A stretch of 64,000 nt of DNA from Candidatus Marinacidobacterales bacterium. Lineage in GTDB: Bacteria; Acidobacteriota; Vicinamibacteria; Marinacidobacterales; SMYC01. The stretch lies in contig OZ250169.1 of assembly GCA_965237955.1 (NCBI GenBank), positions 2,400,001 through 2,464,000 on the forward strand, in the 5' to 3' direction. Below are positions 27,856-39,200 of the stretch, in pieces. The position numbers and the translations under genes are program-made. Within the stretch, counting starts at the first letter, position 1. The number at the start of each line of letters is the position of its first letter. The notes below the pieces were generated by a model. The model saw nothing but the letters and a program-made list of their open reading frames with translations, made no database searches and was not told the origin of the DNA.

Positions 27856-27932
27856 GCGTCCGTAGCTCAGTTGGATAGAGCACCGGACTTCGAATCCGTA
27901 GGTCGCAAGTTCGAGTCTTGCCGGGCGCGCCA
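27856..27932 (+). tRNA. tRNA-Arg(TCG)
   Basis: GCGTCCG/CGGGCGC acceptor stem, anticodon loop CT-TCG-AA, CCA end. Confidence 0.93.
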
Positions 27933-27940
27933 GAACTTTC

Positions 27941-29212
27941 CTAGTAAGCCCACTGTAGTCTTATCTCGAAGATCCAGATCCCGCCGCTGCCGCTGCGTTT
28001 GGCGCGGATGAGGTTCGCCATCACCCGAGCGTTGTTGTTCGGATACCAGTTCACCGCCGCGGTGAAGTCGTTCAAGATGCCACCGCTGATTTCCTGGTCA
28101 TCGAGGTCGAGATGGGAATACCGGAATGCGATCTCCACCGCGCCGTAGCTGTCTTTGAAATCCGTGAACGGTCGCCGCGGCCGAATGCCGCCGAACGAAG
28201 CTCGCGTCGACCGGTAGCGCCGGCTCTCACCGGTTAGAAAGTAGCTCGCGTATACGCACATCGCGTAAAAGCGCGGGTTATCCGTGTCGGTGGCGTTGAC
28301 GGTCGCGGTGCCGAATTCCGATTGGACGGAGAACGGTCCTCGAACCAACGCCGCCTCGCCTATGAAGTTGCTCGTGTTGGATGCCAGGATGTCGCCGGTA
28401 TCCACGAACGCGGGGGCGAGGTGAGACTCTGGTTGCTCCAGAAAGCGCACGGTTTCTTGCACGGGCCGGCTGAGGATGCTGACGCCTAAATGGAACAGGT
28501 CGAGGCTCTCTTGGTCGCGCCAAGCGTAAGCGAAGCGTCCGGAAACGCCGTAGCTTTCGGTCGAACCGGGGTCTTGGATCTCGGGCTGAATGAAACCGAC
28601 CGCCCACCACAAGTGACTATCGAAATTTTGGCGATCACCCAAGAACAGGAACCCGCTATTGCGGGCGGGTACGAACGCGCTCAACAGACCCCGCTCCATG
28701 AACGTCGTGTTCTGCGCCGAGGTACCTCCTTCGAGGCTCAACCGCGTCCGGAAACGCCCGCCGTGCAGGCGCACCGGAGCGAAAGGAAACCGATAACTCA
28801 AGTAGGCGTCCTTGAGCCGGGGCGGGTTGTTGGCGGCGAAGTCGTACATGAACTTGTACTCGAAAAAGCGCGTGAACACCCCTTCGGCGTAGAGACGCAC
28901 ACGGCGCCACTCGAGGCCGTTCTCGAGCCGTCCTAGCTCACCCTCGTCCGTGTTCTGCTCGCTGAAGAACGCAGTGTCGTTTTGGATCATTCCACCGACG
29001 GACGTCGTGAAGTTGCGGTTCAGGCCGACGATGTGGAGGCCCTCGTCCCAATAGATGCGAACCCTCGGCGCAGACTCCTCTTTTTCCTCCTCTTCGTTGG
29101 GAGGGTCGGGAGGTTGATCGTGCTCCTCCTGAGCACCTAGCGGCGATGCGAGCGCGAGCGCTAGGGTCCAGTTCGCGAGTATGCGGACAGGAAAGTCTAT
29201 TTCTAGAGCCAT
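27941..29212 (-). CDS. OprO/OprP-family phosphate-selective porin
   Basis: EWRRVRLYAEG, KDAYL, SLEGGTS...TFMERG, SYFLTGESRRY, GAVEIAFRYS, VNWYPN, aromatic C-terminus. Confidence 0.88.
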   Translation of the reverse strand: MALEIDFPVRILANWTLALALASPLGAQEEHDQPPDPPNEEEEKEESAPRVRIYWDEGLHIVGLNRNFTTSVGGMIQNDTAFFSEQNTDEGELGRLENGLEWRRVRLYAEGVFTRFFEYKFMYDFAANNPPRLKDAYLSYRFPFAPVRLHGGRFRTRLSLEGGTSAQNTTFMERGLLSAFVPARNSGFLFLGDRQNFDSHLWWAVGFIQPEIQDPGSTESYGVSGRFAYAWRDQESLDLFHLGVSILSRPVQETVRFLEQPESHLAPAFVDTGDILASNTSNFIGEAALVRGPFSVQSEFGTATVNATDTDNPRFYAMCVYASYFLTGESRRYRSTRASFGGIRPRRPFTDFKDSYGAVEIAFRYSHLDLDDQEISGGILNDFTAAVNWYPNNNARVMANLIRAKRSGSGGIWIFEIRLQWAY

Positions 29213-29307
29213 CGAAGCCGAAATAGATTATCAGACGCGATCGCGTTTCGTTGAGGCCTGCAACGGCATTATAATCGGGTCTCTCAAGGAGGGTGCGTGT
29301 GGCCGAT

Positions 29308-30198
29308 ATGAAGAAAGTTGGTTTCGTGGGAGTGGGCATCATGGGAAAACCCATGGCGCGGAATCTTCTAAAAGCGGGATTCGAGCTCACGGTGCATGAC
29401 CGGTTTAAGCCCCCCGTAGACGAGCTCGTTTCCGCAGGAGCGAGAGAGGCAGACTCTCCGAGCGCTTGTGCCGACGGCATGGACGTCGTTGTCACCATGT
29501 TGCCGGATTCAACCGACTCGGAGACCGTCATCCTCGGGGACAACGGCGTGCTCGCGGGCGCGCGGAAAGGCGCCACGATCGTCGACATGAGCTCCATCGC
29601 ACCAGCGATGTCGCAGAAAATTGCCGCAGCGTGCGAGGCGAAAGGAATCGATGCCCTCGATGCGCCTGTCAGCGGTGGCGAGCCGGGAGCGGTCGCCGGT
29701 CAGCTCGCGATCATGGTCGGTGGCAAGAAGGACGTCTTCGAGCGGTGCGAGCCCGTCCTCAAGGCCGTCGGAACGAGCTATGTTCTGTGCGGCGGGTATG
29801 GCGCGGGCAACACGACCAAGCTCGCGAACCAGATCATCGTCGCCGCCAATATCGAAGCCGTCGGCGAAGCGTTGGTCTTGGCGCGGAAGGCCGGTCTCGA
29901 CCCCAACACCGTCTTCGAAGCCATCCGGGGTGGCTTGGCCGGAAGCAACGTCCTCAATGCCAAAGGCCCGATGATGATCGACGGGAACTTCAAGCCCGGC
30001 TTTCGCATTCGCCTGCATCAGAAAGATCTGGCAAACGCGCTTCTCACCGGAAAAGAGATCGGGGTGCCGCTTCCGGTGACCGCTCTCGTTCAACAAATGG
30101 TCGGCGCACTCGTCAACAATGGCAAGGGCGAGCTCGACCACTCCGGTATCGCCACGTTCATCGAGGACATGGCGGACACCAAGATTAGCGGTAACTAG
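29308..30198 (+). CDS. garR: 2-hydroxy-3-oxopropionate reductase (beta-hydroxyacid dehydrogenase)
   Basis: GFVGVGIMGKPMA, DAPVSGGE, KLANQI, FKPGFRIRLHQKDL. Confidence 0.85.
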   Translation: MKKVGFVGVGIMGKPMARNLLKAGFELTVHDRFKPPVDELVSAGAREADSPSACADGMDVVVTMLPDSTDSETVILGDNGVLAGARKGATIVDMSSIAPAMSQKIAAACEAKGIDALDAPVSGGEPGAVAGQLAIMVGGKKDVFERCEPVLKAVGTSYVLCGGYGAGNTTKLANQIIVAANIEAVGEALVLARKAGLDPNTVFEAIRGGLAGSNVLNAKGPMMIDGNFKPGFRIRLHQKDLANALLTGKEIGVPLPVTALVQQMVGALVNNGKGELDHSGIATFIEDMADTKISGN

Positions 30199-30199
30199 A

Positions 30200-30739
30200 T
30201 TAGAACGACTCGCCCCACTTTCCGCTGAACGCCAGCTCGTCTTGCGGCCGCCGGGTCCGAGAGTCCGGCGTCGCTTCGGCCGAATAGCTGACGGCGATCG
30301 CGGCCACGGGATCGAAGCCCTCGGGGATGCCGTAGGTGTGGCGCGCTTTATCGACGTCGAAGCCCGCCATCTGATGAACGTGGAGCCCGAGCGCGGTGGC
30401 TTGAACGATGAGCTGCGACACGGCGAGACCCACATCGTGGTATGCGTGGCGATTCGGTTTGTCGTTTCGGGTAAACGTGAGCTTCGTTGCCGACAGCATG
30501 AGCATCGGCGCACTCTTGGCCCAATCCTGGTTGCCGGGAACCAGGCACGCGAGAAGCTTGTCAAAATCCGCAGGGTCGTCTTTCGTCGCGACGATGAAAC
30601 GCCATGGTTGCTCGTTGAACGACGACGCTGCCCACCGGGCGGCTTCGAGAATAGAGCGTATCGTTTCCTTAGGCACTGAGCGGTCTTCGAAAGACCGAGG
30701 GCTGAACCGTCTCTGCAGAAGCTCGTGAATGGGTTCCAT
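30200..30739 (-). CDS. Nitroreductase family protein
   Basis: RRFSPRSF, EAARWAASSFNEQPWRF, HQMAGFD. Confidence 0.92.
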   Translation of the reverse strand: MEPIHELLQRRFSPRSFEDRSVPKETIRSILEAARWAASSFNEQPWRFIVATKDDPADFDKLLACLVPGNQDWAKSAPMLMLSATKLTFTRNDKPNRHAYHDVGLAVSQLIVQATALGLHVHQMAGFDVDKARHTYGIPEGFDPVAAIAVSYSAEATPDSRTRRPQDELAFSGKWGESF

Positions 30740-30774
30740 CTAGTTCCACCTCCATGAACTGCTAGTATAGGCAT

Positions 30775-31065
30775 ATGAGCTACGAAGCGTTTCCCGGTGG
30801 CGACCTCATCGAGAAGGGACTCGCCGACTTGGCGGCGAGCCGGGAGACGGTAGAGTCACTTCTCGTCTCGATTGGCGCACCACGCCTGCGCCTTGCTGGG
30901 ATTCCAGTGCCGGATACGACGTTTCCGAATCCCGAGAGGCGCCTCTACGATCGACTCGCCCTCGAGGACTCCGATTCCGCTCACTCTCGCTACAACGGGC
31001 TGGTTCGCCGGCTGGTGAGCTTCGAAAGCACAGTCGAATGCGTCGGGCTGTCGACGAAGAGCTAA
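30775..31065 (+). CDS. Small helical hypothetical protein (putative partner of the nucleotidyltransferase)
   Basis: 96 aa; overlaps the downstream NTase gene; TAGTAT -10-like element upstream. Confidence 0.7.
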   Translation: MSYEAFPGGDLIEKGLADLAASRETVESLLVSIGAPRLRLAGIPVPDTTFPNPERRLYDRLALEDSDSAHSRYNGLVRRLVSFESTVECVGLSTKS

Positions 31066-31559
31066 TCCAAACCTTCTTCCGCGCCTTCGGAGCAGAAGCG
31101 AAAAGCGACAGCCGCGTCTACTTCACCGGAGGTGTCACAGCGGTGCTCTACGGGTGGCGCCAGAGCACGGTCGATTTGGATATAAAGATCATTCCTGAGC
31201 AGGACTCGCTCTTTCGCGCGATCCCGAACTTGAAAGAGTCGCTGAGTGTCAATATCGAGTTAGCGTCGCCTGCCGACTTCCTCCCAGAGCTTCCCGGCTG
31301 GCAGGATCGCAGCAAGTACATCGCCCGCGAAGGTCGAATCTCCTTCTATCACTACGATTTCTACTCTCAGGCGCTTTCAAAGGTGGAGCGTGGGCACGCG
31401 AAAGATTTGGAAGACGTCCGCGCAATGATCGAAAGAAACCTCATCTCGCCGGAGAAAGCGCTCGAGCTCTTCGAGGCAATCCAACCGCGCCTGTACCGGT
31501 TCCCCGCGATCGACCCCAAGAGACTTCGACGTCAGATCGAGTCTTTCTTCCACGTTTAG
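31038..31559 (+). CDS. DUF6036-like nucleotidyltransferase
   Basis: YFTGGVTAVLYGWRQSTVDLD (GG...DxD NTase motif), ALSKVERGHAKDLED. Confidence 0.8.
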   Translation: MRRAVDEELIQTFFRAFGAEAKSDSRVYFTGGVTAVLYGWRQSTVDLDIKIIPEQDSLFRAIPNLKESLSVNIELASPADFLPELPGWQDRSKYIAREGRISFYHYDFYSQALSKVERGHAKDLEDVRAMIERNLISPEKALELFEAIQPRLYRFPAIDPKRLRRQIESFFHV

Positions 31560-31565
31560 GCAGGC

Positions 31566-32393
31566 TTAACGAAGACGGAAAATCAGAAACGTCAGATCGT
31601 CCGGCTTCGATGGGGCGTTGCCGTCGGCGAGCTCCATTCGCTTTTCGGCGCGCCGGGCCATCGCTCGGGACGCTTTCTCGAGAGGACCCTTGCGCACGAG
31701 CTCGACGATCTCGGGTGTCAGCAGATTGTCCGAAAGACCGTCGCTTGCGAGCACTATCGTATCTTTTGGCGCGAGCTCGATGGGTGAGCCGACGTCGATG
31801 CGCATCTCCGCGCTCCCGATGACATTGCTGATGACGTGACGCTCGTCGTGGTGCAGGGCTTCTTTCTCGTCGAGAAGCCCCGACGCGACGGCATAACCCG
31901 TCGGTGAGTGCGGGATCGTCTGTGATTTGACCTTGCCGCGCTGGCCGGTGATCAGCATGAACGAATCTCCGACGTGAAACGGCCGAACCGACGCGCCCTC
32001 GATTTCGACGACGGTGAGCGTCGTCGCCGCGCCGACACCGAGGGCCAAGACCTCCTCGTTGGCGGCTTCGAAGCCGTTCAAGATTCCGTAGCGGAGCTCG
32101 TGGCCTTCCCGTAGCGCTTCCTGTGCCGCGCGAGCGATGCAGTTGATGGCGATGGCCGACGCTTGACGTGCGGCGGGCGCCCCGCCGACGCCGTCGGCGA
32201 CCGCGAGCACCGCGCTATCGGCTCCAGCGGCCACGATGCCGGCAGCGTCTTCGTTCGGGGAATCCTTCGCCGGAGAGCGGCTGGAGTGGAGCGCGACGAC
32301 ACCGCCGCCGACAGTAAACACGGCGTCGTCGAGATGCTCTTGCTCGAAGAAGAGACGCGCCTCGTCTTTCCTGAGCTTTTCTCTCACCCCCAT
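31566..32393 (-). CDS. PP2C-family Ser/Thr phosphatase
   Basis: NEDAA, AVADGVGG, ATTLT, HVGDS, LASDGLSD, PDDLT; start at MGVREK. Confidence 0.9.
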   Translation of the reverse strand: MGVREKLRKDEARLFFEQEHLDDAVFTVGGGVVALHSSRSPAKDSPNEDAAGIVAAGADSAVLAVADGVGGAPAARQASAIAINCIARAAQEALREGHELRYGILNGFEAANEEVLALGVGAATTLTVVEIEGASVRPFHVGDSFMLITGQRGKVKSQTIPHSPTGYAVASGLLDEKEALHHDERHVISNVIGSAEMRIDVGSPIELAPKDTIVLASDGLSDNLLTPEIVELVRKGPLEKASRAMARRAEKRMELADGNAPSKPDDLTFLIFRLR

Positions 32394-33109
32394 CGAACGG
32401 TTTCCAAGTGCTGGCGCAAGTGGGCGGCCGTGGGATAACGTTTCAGTATCAGCGAACGCTTGAGTCCGAGCACGATCTCCTTCACCACACGCGGTTGTTT
32501 CGGGTAGAAACGCGCTCCTCCGAGCGCGTCGTAGAACATGCGGATGATCTCGCAAAGATCGTGCTGGTAGCCGTCGCGCTTGAGCGCTTGCCACTGAAAG
32601 AAGTCGAGGATCTTGAGGTCGAACGTCAGGCCGTAGCGCTCGACGATGATGTTGTCGCTGTGAAGATCGCCGTGGAACTCGCGCGATCGATGAATGCACT
32701 CGAGCCCGACGACGAGAGCGTGGAGGAGATGCAGTGCCGGAAAAGGTTGGAGGCGCCCTCCGGGCTGCCGCGTCAAGAAATCCGTGAGGAGCTCGCCTTC
32801 GACGTACTCCGACACGAGTACGGTGATGGCGTGCTTGCGGAGCACGATAGTTTCTTCGGTGTGGTAGTGGATGACGATGGGACACGCGCGGAGGTTATGG
32901 AGCTTCCGAGCGTAGGACTTGGCCGCCTTGTTGCGAACATTGCGGTGGGGAAAGAAGAGCTTCGCCGCGCGTTCGATCCCGGTGCTCTTCTCACGAATCC
33001 TGTAGACTTCGCCTTCCCAGCCAACCCCGAGGCGGGACACGACCTCGTACTTCCGCGCCAGTGTCCGCCCCGGGGCTAAATCGAACGTCTGGATATCGTT
33101 GGCTTTCAC
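32384..33109 (-). CDS. Compact atypical Ser/Thr protein kinase
   Basis: LGVGWEGEVY, AAKLF, SEYVEG, HGDLHSDN, KILDFF. Confidence 0.85.
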   Translation of the reverse strand: MKANDIQTFDLAPGRTLARKYEVVSRLGVGWEGEVYRIREKSTGIERAAKLFFPHRNVRNKAAKSYARKLHNLRACPIVIHYHTEETIVLRKHAITVLVSEYVEGELLTDFLTRQPGGRLQPFPALHLLHALVVGLECIHRSREFHGDLHSDNIIVERYGLTFDLKILDFFQWQALKRDGYQHDLCEIIRMFYDALGGARFYPKQPRVVKEIVLGLKRSLILKRYPTAAHLRQHLETVRWG

Positions 33110-33118
33110 CCAGGTATT

Positions 33119-36100
33119 CTATCCGTTCTGTTCGACCGTCCTCGACTCGCGAAATTTATCCCGCGCGCGTCGCGCATGCGGCATGGCGACGACGCCGGCG
33201 GCGATGAGAGACGCGAACAGCGAGGGCGCCGCACTGACGTGGTAGACGCCGACGGCCAGCATGAGCAGGAGGCTGCCACCTGCAATCAGAGCGATCTGCC
33301 CGCGTTGGTGCGACTTCTCGCTCTTGGTGACGAATAGCCACCCTCCCAACCAGATGAGGCCAGTCGCGAGAAGACTCACGAGCTGCCCGAGCGCCGTTCC
33401 GGAAGCTGTGGTGTAGGGAATGGACGCAAACGCTTCGACCTCACCCTGGTTCGCGTAAAGCTTTCTGAAAGCGTAGTGCACTCCAGTTGCGGGCACGGTG
33501 ATATGGAGAGGGCCAATCACGTTCGGAGACGTCGACTGCTCCGCTAAACCACCGAGCGCCGCCCTCATCTCGTCGCCGGAAACGCGGTTGTCGGCGCTGA
33601 GGATGTCCATGTTCGTCCCCGGGCGTCCGTAGTCGAGCCCTTCGGGAAGGAACAGATCCCATCGCGACTCGGTAACGAGAATGTCGTCGCGGCAAAAGCG
33701 CGCGCACCGACCCGAGACGACGGATCGAAGGGGCTCGGGTGGCGTAGATGAGGTCCACGGGAAACCCCTCGGTGCGATTCATGATCTTAATGAGAAGCGC
33801 GTCATCCGAATCGGGGTCGTCTTCCGCTTCCGCAAGCGCTGGTTTTTCCGCCCGGCCCGCAACGAAGACCGACCACACTTCCGAGTTCTCGGGAAGCTCG
33901 ATGCGCAAGAACTGCTTGCGAGCATTCCTGACGATGAAACGAGCCGTCGTCACCGAGAGCCCGTCCCTGGTAAAGAGGGTCTTGTACTCCGCGGTGTCGA
34001 TCGCGGCTTCCTGAACATCGACGACACGGTGCCGGGTTACGCGAAGCGCCAAGCGCGGCTCGGGCTCGGCGCGGACGTATTTGAACGCGAGTAGGATCGG
34101 GTTCGTCGTTTGATGAACGAGCTGGCGCGGAAGCTCACCGACTTCGATGGGTGAAAGCTCATCCGCGACGGAAGGGACCACCTCGACGGCACTCGACGCT
34201 TCGACCGCGATCCTGCCTTGCTCCACGTCCGCGCCGCGAACGTGTACCGTCGATGCGCCGACTTCGGCCTCTCGCCTCCGAGGATACGCTCGTACGAAAG
34301 GTCGATCTTGAAGTGGCCTTCCATTTCCTGGGTGAACTCGAGCTCGATGACACGCTCGTCATCCTCACTGATGCGGTGGGTGCGGAGCGACGGCGCGCTC
34401 AAGTTCAGGAGGTTTGTGCCTTCCGGCAGAACGAGATCGAGTTGCTCGACGCTGCCCGATTTCACATGAAGCTCGATGCTGGTCGAGCCCGTCAACGTGA
34501 CGTCGCCGAGAGAGATCAAAGAGTCCACCTGGGCGTCGTAGCGTCCGGCGACCCTTTCCGGCTCGGACGCCGACACCGTCATCGCCGGCGGCGAGTCGGC
34601 GTATTTGAAAGTATGAGCGATGGTGAGCTCGATCTCGTCGCGGACGAAGCCGGGGAGCTGGTTCTCGCCGACCCGCGTGGTTTCGCCTTCGTCGGTGGGG
34701 TCGAGCGTCAAATCGTGGCTCGATAAAAGCGCGACCATACCGCGCTGGCGACCGACGTTCGGCGCCGCGAGAAGTGGAAGCGCCTCGGAATCGCCCGAAC
34801 CGAGCGATCGATCGTAGACAACGTCGAACGTGAGCTCGCCCTGAAGCTGGCGATCCAAGAAGATCTGCAAGAGCTGGGCGCCTCCCTGACGGATGACACG
34901 CCAATCCGCAATCGCCCCGGCATCTGAGTTGACTTCGTTGACTTGAACATCGCCGGGCACGATGAGCTCGAGCCGGTTCGTCTCCCCGCGTCGGACTTCA
35001 TAGAGCACGCGTGCCCGCGAAAAGAGCACGCCTTCCTCGGCATAGATGACGTGGTAGAGCGACGCGTTGGCGCGAAGCTCCCGACGCACGACTTCGGGAA
35101 CCGATTCCGACCACGTCAACGTGACCTGGTCGGTGAGCGGCACGTGGACCGTCGCGACGGTGGTGTTGCCTCGCGTGCGGCTCGTCACGTTCGTTCCCGG
35201 TTGCGCGGAGAGCTCTTTGCGCCCCGGGAGAGTGAGCTCGAAACGAGACACCGGGACTTTAGGGATCGCGAGCTCGACTCGAGGAGGTCCATCGGCTCTC
35301 ATGACCGGTGTCTGGAACGTAGCGACGACCGTGTGTACGCCCAGGCCTTTGACGAGCGTGGCGAAGTGTTTGCCGTCGATGAGGATCGACGCCTCTTTGC
35401 CGTCCACCTGCAGGTTCGTGAGCGTCACGTTGCGCGGGAGGAGGCGCAGGGTGGCGGTTTCGTCCGAGAACAGATCCACCCGAAACTCACCTCGCCACAC
35501 GATCGCGTTTCCGCTCAGCTCCCCGCGGTAGTGGGCTCGGCTGAACGAGGCGCCGCGCTTCGATGGCGTGCGCCATGAGATCTGGACGCCGCGCGTCGTC
35601 GGGATCGTGGCGTTGATGCGCGTGGTGGCACCGGATGGTGTCGTCCGGACGCCTGCGGCGGGGATGACGGCGACGTCGAGTCCCGTGCCGGGAAGGTTTC
35701 GCGCTGAGATTGATGGACGCTGCTTCCGGAAGGGGCACACCGAGGACGTAGCCGCTTTTGGACGAAGCCGCGTCCACGCGATACACGAGATGCATCGTGT
35801 AAGCGCCCTTTTGGTTCGTGGCCCACGCGAGTCCTCTTGGCGTCGCGACCAACTGAACCGGCGAACCTTGGATCGTCGCTTGGGTCACCGGAGTTCCCGC
35901 GGGGAGCACGGGAACGAGAGCCCACGCGTCCTCGAAGATTTGGATCGAGAGCGTGACCGAGACTTCCGCGCTCGCGGCCGGCTCGGTCGAGCCCACATTG
36001 ACGTTCACGCGCGCGGTCCCCAAAGCGAAGTTCACCGGGGCATGCGGGTCGTCGGGTGCTTGTGCCTGTTGGATGAGCTGCGTGTAGATCTCGAGCGGAA

Positions 36101-36209
36101 GCTGGACCTGTCCTGGCCCGTTTGGCCTGTTGGGGTTGTTCTCTTGAGCCTCGACCGGTCCTAGCCCGGCGAAGACCATCATCGTCAGGGCAAACCATAT
36201 GCGTTTCAT
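33119..36209 (-). pseudogene. Large (~1000 aa) exported, C-terminally membrane-anchored hypothetical protein split by three frameshifts
   Basis: Overlapping ORFs 35487..36209 (signal peptide), 34037..35740, 33441..34226 and 33119..33610 (TM helices) form one continuous beta-rich protein. Confidence 0.7.
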
Positions 36210-36242
36210 TGTCCTACCTCGTTCCTGTGTCTGGGGAAAATC

Positions 36243-39200
36243 CTAAGTCAACGCTGCGGGCAAGCGTCGCTTGCTCGCACTTGCATATCGCAACGAGTCC
36301 GCAAGATAAGCGACCAGCGCGGGCTCGACGGATGAAGACAAAATGCTGACGTATTCACTGCGCATGGCGACGTCTCGAACGATCTCGCCGTCGCTCCCGA
36401 ACGGTAAGCCCGCGAGGAGCCGACGGACTTCGTCGAGCTCGTCGATGGCGCCGGAGCGGTCGCCTTGCTCGAGCTTATCGGCCGCGCCTTCGAGCACCTC
36501 GGAAAGATGAAATGCGAGATAATTCTTGAGCACGTTGGTCTCTAGCGGCCCCCTATTGATGTTGTCGATGTCGCCCGAGCTCGACCGCGGAAGAGCGAGA
36601 CTCGCTCTAGCGACGGTGTTCCGGAGCTCGGCGAGATCTTTATAGCGCACCGTGACCTCGGCGATGGGGCCGGGCCGGGCGGCGACGACGTCAAGAAGAA
36701 TCGTGTGCGCGTCGCCCGCGTAGAAGCTCGGGATCACGATCTGGATGCCGTCTTCGTCTTCACCGCGGTCGGCTTCGATGCCGAGATTGCGCGACAAGCG
36801 AAGGTCGATGCTCTTTTCCGCTTCGCGGACACGCTCGGCTTGACGCTCGTTCAGAGACACTGACCCGATCACGTCGACGAGCTTCACGCCGTCCGCGAGC
36901 TTGATGCGAAGCCTGAGCGCGCGTGCGACGACGCGGCTCGAAGCGGCGAGCTCGCGGTCGACGATGCTGTTCGCGTCTTGTGCCTGCTCGAGAAAGTAGC
37001 GCCGTCCTTGTCCGGCGAGCGCGAGCCGCTCGAGCTCACTCCGGTCGACGGAGGCACCGACACCGATGACGCTCACGGGAACGCCGCCGACGGCGCTCCG
37101 GTGTGCCAACCGGGAAAGGGCGTCGAGCTCGTCCCCGAGCTTCCGCGGTGTGACTACGAGGACGAGACTCGAGCCGAGAGGCATCGTCGGGTCGTCGCCC
37201 GCGTGGACGTGCTCGATCGCGAGACGGACGGCGCCTTCGAGGTCGTTAGACGCCTCGAGCTCGTCAAGCGCGACGCTGAGAGGTCCGTGGCGGAACGACT
37301 CGGGAGGAACGATCTCGCCCTTCCCAGGAAGAATCAACCGAAACCGATCGCCAAGTGCCCTCGCTTGCTGAAGCGAATCGATGAGTGCGCGTGCCGCGGC
37401 GAGGTCGTTCGGCTTCGCATCGAGGACGATACCGACGTTCATCGGCGGCCGTCTCCGGCCGTGGCTTTCCGTCGCCTGGAGGCCGACTTGGACGAGAAGC
37501 CGGCTCGGCTCGCTGATGCCGCGGCGATCCGCGTGAAGCGTGAGTGATAGCGCGCCGCGACGTGGAGCGTCGAAAGGTTGAACGACAGGGCGCGCCGCCA
37601 CGTGAGGGGCTACGAGCTGGTGCGCGTTCCGAAGGCGCATCGCAAGAAAGCGCGCTTTGGGATCGCCGGGCAAGTAGGTGTTCGCCCAGTAGCCGCGAGC
37701 GTTACGAAAGCGGAGATTGTCAATCCGCTCGCGCTCTTCGAGAAACAACCGAGCGTCCCCGTCGGTTTGGGGCGCCGCCTCGAACGCGATGCGTACGGTC
37801 ACGGTGCGCTCGTCGCGATCAGAAGCTTCATATTTCCACTGCAGGACGGCATCGATCGCCGCCTGGTCGAGTGGCCCGACGGATTCGAGGACGATCGCTC
37901 TGGTGACGTTGCCACCGCGGTCGATCAACGCGCGGAGAACGACCGTGCCGGAAGGGCGTTTCTGCTTCGCCGCCTCGGGATAGACGGCGTCGACATGCAC
38001 GAGCTTTCTCGGCTCGGCTTCCCGCTGATAATTGCCGTACTCATCCACTTCGCCGCCTGCGATGACTTGGCTCTTGAACTCGTCGACGAAATTCACCGTC
38101 ATCGTCATCACGATGGGGACCGGCACGCCGTTCAGCAACGTGGGCTCGTACTTCCACCGCTTCACAGCGTCGATTGCGGACTGATCTAGAAGCGGGATCG
38201 AGCGCAGCACGCGAACGTTTGTGACGTTCCCGGCCGGATCGATGATGGCCTCGAGGATCACGATTCCCTGAACCCGCGCCTGCTTGGCGATATCGGGATA
38301 GACAGGTTGCTGATCTCTGACTTTGTTCGGTGGTCGAATGTTTCCACCGACGCGAACTGGCTCTTGCTTCGTAGGCGGTGCGTTTGGCAGACCCACTTCG
38401 TCTTCATCTGCGGGATCAGCCTCCCACACCAGTGCGTCAATCCCCAAGGGCGCGTGCTCGTTCGCTACGATTTCGCTTTCGTCGACGCTCGACGAAGGCG
38501 GTGCTTGAGCACGCGGAGAAGCTTGTGAGCGGCCCGCGGTCCGCGATGCGCGATCTTGCGCTCGCGCGTCCTCGAGCACCGGCTCGGCCGCGGCCGGCGT
38601 CCTCGCGACTCGATTGCCAGAAACGGCCCCGCTCTTGGCGAAACGCCAGCCCGCCTCATTGTCTTTCTTGAGACTCCCGTTCTTGTTCTCTGGCAGACCG
38701 CCAACGATTCCGCCGATGATCCCACCGGGAACGCCGTCCTCGACACCTTCATGTTTCTCGAGCTCGGCGTCGTCCTCGATCGGACGGAAATAGCCCCGTT
38801 CGTTCAGCTCTCGAATGCGAGCCCTCGGCTTCGCTTGGTTTTCAACCTGCTCCTCGCGGCGGATCACTTTGTCACGCGTCGTCGCGTTTCCGTCGAGCTG
38901 ATCGTCCGCCACGTCTGCGTAATCGGAGCCGCCAACATAGCCGAGTGAGTCCAGACGTTCTTGCTCCTCGGACGAAAGCTCGTCGCCCTCGCTTTGACTC
39001 GTTTTGACGTCGACGTGGGCGGCGATTTCGTACTCGCGGCTGAACGACGAGTGCCCCATAAAAGTTACCCGTGCGGCGACGAACGCGATCGTGGCGGCCG
39101 CGGCTAGACCCATCGCCCAGTAGAGCGTTCGGTGGGAAGCCGCCTTGGCGGACAGCTCGGGGCGTGCGAGGAGTTTCTCGACGATGTCATCGGAGGCGTC

